From the NCBI RefSeq assembly GCF_006345805.1, contig NW_021828983.1, forward strand, positions 1 to 7,042: a stretch of 7,042 bases of DNA, given 5' to 3'. Shown here in pieces: positions 1-6,400 of this stretch. Under the pieces are notes generated by a model. It was not told where the DNA came from. It made no database searches and worked only from the letters and a program-made list of their open reading frames with translations. The position numbers and the translations under genes were made by a program. Numbering within the stretch: the stretch's first letter is position 1; each line of letters opens with the position of its first letter. The DNA comes from Octopus sinensis. Lineage: Eukaryota.

Positions 1-332
1 AATTCTATTGTTTAATTTATCAATTAGCTTTCCTGTTGTTATACAATTATTACAACGACCCCCACAAGCTCAATCGGCTCTTCAAGCGTGTCTTAATAGC
101 TGCTATAATGGGGAACAGTTTCTCAATTCTCTCTGCGGATTGTCCCAATTTCCTTTTGTTTTTTTGTTTAATATTCGAATTCTAGATTTAAAAAAATTAT
201 TACATATGGTATCGATATGGAACCAACGGAGTTTGAGTTTATTTATCAAAATGTACATGGAAGCCTGGTACATCTGAACCAGGAAGAAAAGTTATATTTA
301 TCATATTTTACAAAATATCAATAAGAAGAAGA

Positions 333-743
333 TTGCTGTCAGTGACAAGAGTGAACAAATACTTTTCTAATTGTGAAAAGACTTGGAAAAGAATTCCAGG
401 TAAAACTAGTTTAATAATAGCAGAATTATTGTGCAAATTTGAAAGTTCTCACTCCTCAATAGAGTTAGCTTACAATGAGCTAAAGAATTTAAAATTTGAC
501 GACGAATCAGATATAATTGAAAAATATTTGAATGAACGATTACAAAAAAATGATTTATGTCAAATTATAAGAATGACAAATTCATCAATTTCTCCTGAAG
601 AATATTGTATGCTTTTAAAGTGTCAGCCTTCATCCTCTTCCATAGAACGATGCTTCTTTCAAATTAAAAACTTTATGAGGGATAACAGAAATTTTAATAT
701 TGAAAATATAGAGAATTATGTTATATGTTTGTATAATAAATGA
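333..743 (+). pseudogene. C-terminal part of a hAT-superfamily transposase (resembles the CGGBP1-related hAT group), with hATC dimerisation region; upstream part not resolvable
   Basis: C-terminus SPEEYCMLLKCQPSSSSIERCFFQIKNFMRDNRNFNIENIENYVICLYN fits the hAT pattern (P/A)-x-S-x-x-x-ER-x-F-S...R-x-x-L/F-x-x-E-N, including the catalytic Glu of SIER. It is followed by subterminal repeats and a TAGGG-type terminus. The TTG start is not considered real. Subgroup assignment is from recalled similarity, not a search. Confidence 0.8.
400..423 (+). other. Candidate in-frame micro-intron in the hAT transposase (24 nt, or 21 nt if the AG at 419-420 is used)
   Basis: G|GTAAAACTAGTTTAATAATAGCAG|AA: AT-rich GT-AG segment of the same size class as the Merlin introns. 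Removal gives WKRIPELLCKFES. Because it is in frame and stop-free, sequence alone cannot prove it. Confidence 0.4.
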
Positions 744-748
744 TTCTT

Positions 749-859
749 AAGTTAAAATTTGTTAGGTTAAAATTTTTGTTTTATAGGTTAAAATTTGGTT
801 ATTTTTAGGTTAAAAAGTTAAAATTTTTAGGTTAAAAAATCGAAGTTTTTAGGTTAAAA
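749..859 (+). repeat. hAT subterminal repeat array, TAGGTTAAAA x5
   Basis: Exact TAGGTTAAAA at 763, 784, 806, 828 and 850 (spacing 21, 22, 22, 22), plus variant AAGTTAAAA at 749 and 815. Confidence 0.85.
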
Positions 860-863
860 AAAA

Positions 864-879
864 TTGCCCTAATTATAAC
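864..879 (+). repeat. hAT right terminus (TTGCCCTA 864-871) and adjacent putative 8-bp target site (ATTATAAC 872-879)
   Basis: Exact reverse complement of TAGGGCAA at 6708-6715. hAT elements typically have short TIRs and 8-bp TSDs. The partner TSD is not in the window. Confidence 0.7.
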
Positions 880-880
880 C

Positions 881-1327
881 TTAGGAACTGTCTTGAAAAC
901 CTCAGAGGAACGGTCTCTCTTGATACAAGGGTTGTTTGTCCCGACTTTCAGGGACGAGGTCAGAAAGGCACTAGGGCACTTCTGTGAAGTAACCTCTAGT
1001 GACCACCTTTGCGTCTACCAGAAAGGTCTTGGACTAGTGAGAGCCTCGGCCTTTAGTTCCACCTCTCTGCCAGGCCTGTATTTATTCATGAGTACGATTG
1101 GCGGCATGTTGACCGTGACCAAATTGTTTTATTCCAGGAGTGTTCTAGAGACCGAAGGACCTATTATAAATGGAGTACTATTTAGTCTTATGTACCTTTT
1201 TACGTACCAAAAAAACATTTATATAATAAAAAAGTATCATTCCGAAATTTTGTTGATAATTTATAAAAATAATATAACAATAATTAAATTCGTGTTCAGT
1301 TTAAAAAAGTCTAGAAAAAAAATATAA
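881..1327 (+). CDS. Unidentified ORF remnant, open from the hAT terminus; possibly the 3' part of a gene interrupted by the hAT
   Basis: 880-1200 is visibly more GC-rich than its flanks. Frame +2 is open from the hAT end to TAA at 1325-1327. It has no ATG start near its 5' end (TTG only) and contains two hydrophobic stretches (GLYLFMSTIGGMLTVTKLFY, IINGVLFSLMYLF). No family recognised. Confidence 0.3.
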   Translation, partial: LGTVLKTSEERSLLIQGLFVPTFRDEVRKALGHFCEVTSSDHLCVYQKGLGLVRASAFSSTSLPGLYLFMSTIGGMLTVTKLFYSRSVLETEGPIINGVLFSLMYLFTYQKNIYIIKKYHSEILLIIYKNNITIIKFVFSLKKSRKKI

Positions 1328-1334
1328 CAATAAT
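1271..1334 (+). repeat. 14-bp direct repeat AATATAACAATAAT (1271-1284, 1321-1334) around a 36-bp spacer
   Basis: Exact match read directly. The spacer ends in an A-run (1315-1320). Confidence 0.6.
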
Positions 1335-1428
1335 GATTAAAATTTGGTAGAAATTGATCATTTTAGATTAGAAACTGACAGGATTGAAAGAATATATAGA
1401 AATTAAGTTAATTCAAAAAAACACTATT

Positions 1429-1441
1429 AATGAAGATTAAT
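1429..1441 (+). repeat. Left target-site duplication of the CRE-like insertion, (AA)TGAAGATTAAT
   Basis: Identical to 3085-3097. It lies just before the point where CRE protein similarity begins. Confidence 0.85.
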
Positions 1442-1442
1442 A

Positions 1443-2154
1443 ACCGCATGCCTTAAAAGCGCTTCACAAAAACAATCCGGAGCGTGGCTCAATGCATGTC
1501 CTATCCCTTCAGTCGGAAACAAACTGGACGACGAGACATTGCGAATTGCAATCTCCTTACGCCTTTGCATGAAGATCTGTCGCCAGCACCGCTGTAGTTG
1601 CGGGGCTTCCGTTGACGAATTCGGACGGCACGCTCTCTCATGCAGACGCAGTGCAGGCCGGTTTCCAAGACATCACGCAATGAACCTAATTGTCAAGAAC
1701 GCTTTGCATGCAGCTGGTTTCCCGGCACAGCTGGAGCCTCCTGGTCTCATCCGCACAGACGGAAAAAGACCTGATGGGATAACAATTTTCCCGTACACCA
1801 ACGGGAAGTGCCTTGTTTGGGACTGCGCTTGCACCGACACCTACTCAGAGACAAACCTGATCGCCTCAGCCTCCTCTCCAGGATATGCTTCACAGAACTA
1901 CGAAAAAATTAAAAAATTAAAATATTCAGAGCTCAAGGACAGGTTCATAGTGCAACCGATTATTGTGGAGTCATCTGGAGTCTTCGGTCCGGAATCAATC
2001 TCTTTTATTAGGAAACTTGGATCCCTGATCTCGGTTCAGACGAAAGATAGAAGGGAGACCGAATGGCTGTTTCAACGCCTTTCAACAACCGTTGTCAGAG
2101 GTAATAGCCACGCTATCCTTTCTGCTCTTAAGCAACCTAATTACTTATATTTTC
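1443..2154 (+). pseudogene. C-terminal zinc-knuckle plus restriction-like endonuclease (PD-D/ExK) region of a CRE-like ORF; RT domain absent
   Basis: Frame open from 1434. Motifs: SGAWLNACP, LRIAISLRL, CSCG-x4-D-x2-GRHALSC, FPRHH, LEPPGL-x-R-x-DGKRPDG, LVWDCAC, K-x-x-KY, VESSG-x-FG, QRLS-x-x-V-x-RGN. The last 13 codons of the 1539-2195 track ORF (from about 2155) are read-through into the Merlin TIR. Confidence 0.88.
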
Positions 2155-2298
2155 GGTACTTTTGTCGAAGTGGTCGCAGTTTTTTTAGAAGATAATTAAA
2201 ATTAATTAATTTTTTAGTGAAAAATAGATTATTTAATTATAACCCTCTATCAATAATTTAAATGGTTATTAAAATTATTTAAAATTTATTTAACCAAT

Positions 2299-3042
2299 TT
2301 AGTCATTTTTAGTACGCGGCATCCAAATTCCAGGACTGTAGAAAGAATTTATGTCTTTTACAATCTGTGCAAAAGATTCCTTATAGTTCTGTATTTGTTT
2401 TCGCCACATAAATTCTGAAAAAATAACTAACTAAAAAAACCTGCGAAATAAGATCCCAGATGATGTCTTACAGCTCCTCTTTGAGCTTTATTCTTGCATT
2501 TTGCACTTCCCCACATTCGTTCTACTGTCTGGGTGTGCACTCCCGTCGTTGGATCCACAAAGAATTTTCTGAATATATTATATTTCCTTACTTATGGTTA
2601 ACGGTTTCGTGTGTGTAGCCGTTTTCAACCAATTGATCAGTTGAATACCCTAAATGTAATCAAATAATGCTAACCTTTCCAGCAGTCACTATAAATAATG
2701 CTTCCCACCTCGACATATCGAATTACTAGACTGAGCAGTGTTTCTCTGCTCCTATCCGCGACTGGTTGCAGAAAACACTGTTTGGTGCCTCGACAAATAC
2801 CACCGAAGACCCACTGTTTTGGTAAAACTCTTCCAGAGTTGTTTTTCCGTTTGGAAAACATACTCTCGTCTACCTCCACAATCATACCAGGACCACCTGA
2901 AATAAACATTAATAATACCAATTTTGCCGTCAGATCTTTTAACAAGTGCGTCCACACAGACTTCACGTAAAAACATAGCCCAATCGACATATGTATGTTC
3001 ACCCCAATTGTATTCGTGATGAAGCTTCGACAAAAGTACCAT
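2299..3042 (-). CDS. Spliced ISXO2/Merlin DDE transposase core, N-terminally truncated; exons 3042-2919, 2896-2675, 2649-2592, 2568-2441, 2414-2299; 215 aa
   Basis: Hand-spliced product: MVLLSKLHHEYNWGEHTYVDWAMFLREVCVDALVKRSDGKIGGPGMIVEVDESMFSKRKNNSGRVLPKQWVFGGICRGTKQCFLQPVADRSRETLLSLVIRYVEVGSIIYSDCWKGYSTDQLVENGYTHETVNHKKFFVDPTTGVHTQTVERMWGSAKCKNKAQRGAVRHHLGSYFAEFMWRKQIQNYKESFAQIVKDINSFYSPGIWMPRTKND*. It contains the family motifs VDW-x-x-F-x-REVC, KIGGPG, VEVDES, WVFGG, SDCWKGY, TVNH, FVDP-x-TG-x-HTQ-x-VE-x-x-W and EFMWR. Confidence 0.88.
2415..2440 (-). other. Merlin intron 4, 26 nt: GTTTTTTTAGTTAGTTATTTTTTCAG
   Basis: Removal gives GCA G|AA TTT ATG TGG CGA, restoring A-E-F-M-W-R. Confidence 0.85.
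2569..2591 (-). other. Merlin intron 3, 23 nt: GTAAGGAAATATAATATATTCAG
   Basis: Removal eliminates an in-frame TAA and restores TVNH-KK-FFVDP. Confidence 0.85.
2650..2674 (-). other. Merlin intron 2, 25 nt: GTTAGCATTATTTGATTACATTTAG
   Basis: Removal eliminates an in-frame TAG and restores SDCWKGY. Confidence 0.88.
2897..2918 (-). other. Merlin intron 1, 22 nt: GTATTATTAATGTTTATTTCAG
   Basis: Removal gives AAA ATT G|GT GGT CCT GGT, restoring KIGGPG and joining track ORFs 2752..3042 and 2670..3002. Confidence 0.88.
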
Positions 3043-3065
3043 ATTTTTTTATAACATTGGCTTTT

Positions 3066-3097
3066 AAAAAAAAAAAAAAAAAAAAATGAAGATTAAT
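3066..3097 (+). repeat. Poly(A) tail (A21, 3066-3086) and right TSD (3085/3087-3097) of the CRE-like insertion
   Basis: 21 uninterrupted A residues followed by TGAAGATTAAT, identical to 1431-1441. Confidence 0.88.
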
Positions 3098-3407
3098 TAA
3101 TTGATAAAATGAAAAAAATTCGCTTGCAAAATAAACTTTATCCAAGATATTTTACCAGTAGTCATTTAATAATTATTCCTCAAAAAATAGAAAAGCAAAA
3201 ATATTATAAAAATAAAACATTGATTTCGATAAATAATCAAATAAGAATTAAAAACAAAAATGCACAACAAAACAACAGAATATGACGTAAGCACGTGAAA
3301 AATTTATCGTAATTAATTCAATAAGTTAAAAACATTTAGAAAATAAAATAAATAAAATTTAATATCATCAGTCTGTTTGACATCAGCTTTCGTCACTTAA
3401 AAAAACA

Positions 3408-3418
3408 AACATAATAAC
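3408..3418 (+). repeat. TSD copy at the 3' end of the R4-like retrotransposon, AACATAATAAC
   Basis: Exact 11-bp match to 6697-6707, with mismatches immediately on both sides. It lies just downstream (minus strand) of the end of the element ORF. Confidence 0.75.
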
Positions 3419-6400
3419 ACACTTTCGATTATTTCAAGTATACCACCCCGAGATAAAACAGTTAACTAAACTAATCCGACGACCCGTCCGCATCCGAAGT
3501 CTGGAGGCCAGCCTCTTCTGCTTCTGGTCGAAGGAATAGCTCTGTGAGAGCATTTTCCAGCAGGTCCTTCTGCCATGTGGCATTAGGGGGCTGGATCTGC
3601 GCGCATCAACAGATGCACTCTCTAGAGTTCTCTTCAGGACAGTGGACTGCATATAGGCCTGAATGTACCTATCGACTCCCAACTGGCTGAGATAACCCTT
3701 GTGGTACTTAGATACAATTCCTTTCCATGTCATCACGCAAGGAATGACAAGGACTTGATCTGTGCATCAACCCAAGCTCGTTTGCAAGAAGGTCGTACTT
3801 ACGCTTCTTTTCCACTTCCACCGTGGTCAAACGATCTAGACATGTGATGCCAACTTCTATGATAAGTATCTCGCCAGAGACCTTATCTTGTACCACAATG
3901 TCCGGCTTATTGTGCTGGACAAGTATCGAGGTGTGAATACTAGTATCCACTTTAATGCATACTCTGGCATTCTCGACCACAGACTGCACCTTATGAGTTC
4001 GCAATTTTCTAGAACGTCTAATCCCATACTTATTGCACAGCATTAAGTGTAAACTACGTACAACCTCGTTATGCCTCCACGTATAGTCGTGGTAAAGCAT
4101 ACTACCGCATTTTGTGGCTATGTGGTCTACGGACAGGCACCTCAATTTACAATGAGGACAGACCTTATATCGATTCCAGAAAAAGTTTCGATCTTGCAGA
4201 TAGGTAAATAATCCTTCGGATCGAGGGGAATTATTTCCATATCTTAGCCAAGTCGTTGACGACTTAACGTCAACATGCGGATTGTCCAAAGCTTGGAAGA
4301 GGGTCTTGTGAAGGACTTTTAAGTTGATCTTTTTAACCAAAGACTCTTTTTGTACTTTGATCAACCCCTTCACATCTACCACTCGTTCACTCTCGAAACC
4401 GTACTTAGCCAACAAATAGGCCTTTATGGTTCCAAGGTGACTAGCTCGTGCCTTTTCCGTTTGCAAGATTGCGTACATCCTATCTGATACACTAACACCA
4501 GACACCAGGTGGTCATGCATCTTCAGGAGAATACGCTCACTTAAATGGGCCACTCCACAAAGCCCCCTTCCGAATTGAGCACGTGGTAGATATAGCCTCT
4601 CCTTGTTGGGTGCCAGCACATGGACATGGTTTTCCCTCAGTACTCTACGGATCATACAATCCATATCATCGTACTCCTGTGGCTCAAACTCCACAATACC
4701 TACATAATAGTTAAGCAATGATATTGCATATTCATTCAACGCATGGAATAAATTCCTTGCATTTAAATGAGTTTTGCATAACATTGCTGCCCGCTTCCGA
4801 ACTCCCTCTATTATTTGGATCTTGGTTTCTGGGAGTATGAGCGATTTGGGGCTTTCAGTGATCCCGAGGTACTTATATCCCTCGTGATCTTCCAAGACCT
4901 TGACTAGATCTCCACATAATTGCGAGTTAGTCGCCGACTTGGAAAAATTAAGTTCCAATCCTATTTTCCCCAGGAATTCGTTCACACATTCTCCCATAGA
5001 GCGGAGTTGGTTTGAGGACCGAGCGAACAATTTAATGTCGTCAATAAACACAAGGTGGTTCGTGTTAAACAAACGTCCCTCATGAGTTATCGACAATTGT
5101 TCGTGTCTTCCATTGAGGAGCCTACTCAATGGTTCGAGACAGAGCACAAAGAGTAGCGGCGACATGCTATCTCCTTGTAAAATCCCCCTCTCCAGTTTTA
5201 TCTCACCGATTGTGTGTTTGTTATACTTGAGATGAACACTCCACATACTCATCACAGCTTTAACAAAACTAATGAACCACACAGGCAGACACAGCTTGTG
5301 TAGACATTCGATGAGATATGCATGATCAACGGAGTCAAATGCCTTCTTAACATCCACCCACATAGACATAAGTGAGTTTCCGTAAGCGTTAGAAAGACAC
5401 TTGTTGATCAATGCCTGCTCCTTTGCTCCCTGGCAATTCCTCACAGTTCCGAGCTGATTCTCGGATAGAATGCCATTAACCTCAACAAATCCTCTGACCT
5501 CATTAGCCACCAACTTGGTCATCAGCTTGTATAAGGTGGGCATGCAGGTTATCGGACGATAATCTGCCGGAGACGCTGGACAGGGTACTTTTGGTATCAA
5601 ATAAGTAACACCAGTGCACAACCAGCTTGGGATACTATCCGGGGACGCTATACACTTCTCGATTATATTAAACATACAATCGTGCAATGAGGTACAGCGT
5701 TTTATAAAGAAATTAAATATTTTATCAATCCCGGTAGTTTTCCAATCTGGAAGGCGGGAAACTGCCTCATCGAACTTCTTGCGAATGTCAAAGACACCGC
5801 AAGACTCGGTCATCAAGGGTCTGGTGGACTCTAGGCTAAAGTCCACTTTTCCCTTGCGAGGTCGGACTTTCCACATACTCCCCCATGTGGCTAACATCTC
5901 CGAGTCTTGCTGGCTACCCTCCTTCACCCCATCATCGTGTAAACGACGATAAAACATCCTGCGATTAAACTCAAACAGGTTGTTCTCTCGATTATGTTTA
6001 CACCTCGATTCATAGGTAGAGAGTTTCTTCTTGTAAACAAGAATAGACTCTTCTACCTCATTCTTTGCCCTAACGACTTCATTCGGTCCCACTTTCGGCC
6101 CTGTGCGGTGAAGTACGCACCAAGGTCTTGCCTTTGAGGGAAATCTCCTCTAGAGACTCTGGCCGCTTACTCAACAAATGGTGAGCAATGGCCCTGTTGA
6201 TACCAGTCAGTACTCCACCTCTGACCTTACACGCAGGTATCTTCCGGGTCACTCTGCGGTCCGCTAGGGGGACAGACAAAAAGGCAGAGAGATTCCGAGA
6301 GAATACCTCATACACATGCTTGAGTAGTGATAAATCACAACTCTGGTGCTCGTGCACTACACTGCACGGGGGGCCTGCAGTCGCCGGTTGACTGGTCCTC

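Larger units (their letters stand above)
333..871 (+). mobile_element. 3' portion of a hAT DNA transposon (left boundary undetermined, probably at or beyond the window start)
   Basis: Transposase remnant, stop at 741-743, subterminal repeat array 749-859, terminal TTGCCCTA 864-871 (reverse complement TAGGGCAA, identical to 6708-6715), then putative 8-bp target site ATTATAAC 872-879. Confidence 0.75.
2155..3040 (-). mobile_element. Internally deleted Merlin (IS1595/ISXO2-like) DNA transposon, 886 bp
   Basis: Perfect 16-bp TIRs GGTACTTTTGTCGAAG (2155-2170) and CTTCGACAAAAGTACC (3025-3040) with GG termini. 8-bp TSD ATATTTTC (2147-2154) / ATATTTTT (3041-3048), 7/8 match. ISXO2 transposase inside. 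The 5' TIR joins directly to mid-transposase sequence. Confidence 0.9.
1442..3086 (+). mobile_element. 5'-truncated CRE-like non-LTR retrotransposon with poly(A) tail, interrupted by a Merlin element at 2155-3040
   Basis: TSD, truncated ORF, short 3' tail, A21 and TSD: the signature of target-primed reverse transcription. Element sequence proper is 1442-2154 plus 3049-3086. Confidence 0.85.

Noticed and set aside
8-330. ORF 8..277 and attempts to splice 158-325 into an upstream hAT exon
   Set aside because: Candidate GT-AG segments exist (158/166-185, 291-325), but the spliced products did not convincingly recover the expected hAT motif (TRWG-x-W), so no call was made.
749-859. CRISPR-like array
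   Set aside because: Repeats are 10 bp with about 12-bp low-complexity spacers, the context is eukaryotic and there are no cas genes.
749-885. Telomere-like TTAGG repeats
   Set aside because: TTAGG occurs only within spaced TAGGTTAAAA units, not as a tandem telomeric array, and it sits between a transposase stop and a TIR.
1040-1215. Faint resemblance of the 881-1327 ORF to RT thumb (GLGL) or EMC1 C-terminal motifs, and of another frame (HEYDWRH) to the RLE RH motif
   Set aside because: Only a few residues match and neighbouring conserved motifs are missing.
2698-2970. Plus-strand 90-aa ORF
   Set aside because: Antisense to Merlin exons 1-2, with no recognisable features.
2670-3042. Track ORFs 2670..3002 and 2752..3042 as two genes or a frameshifted pseudogene
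   Set aside because: They are exons of one gene. The frame change equals a 22-nt GT-AG intron and the apparent stop at 2670 lies in the next intron.
2195-3066. Simple 3' transduction of unique flanking DNA by the CRE-like element
   Set aside because: The extra sequence is bounded by its own 16-bp TIRs and 8-bp TSD, so it is a discrete nested transposon. The passenger version is kept as a finding.
3283-3297. Adjacent TGACGTAA and CACGTG (CRE-like and E-box motifs)
   Set aside because: Short motifs with no associated gene or other support; they could easily be chance.
3740-3770. Programmed frameshift or intron explaining the R4-like frame break
   Set aside because: No slippery heptamer or frame-restoring GT-AG segment is present; an ordinary small indel explains it.
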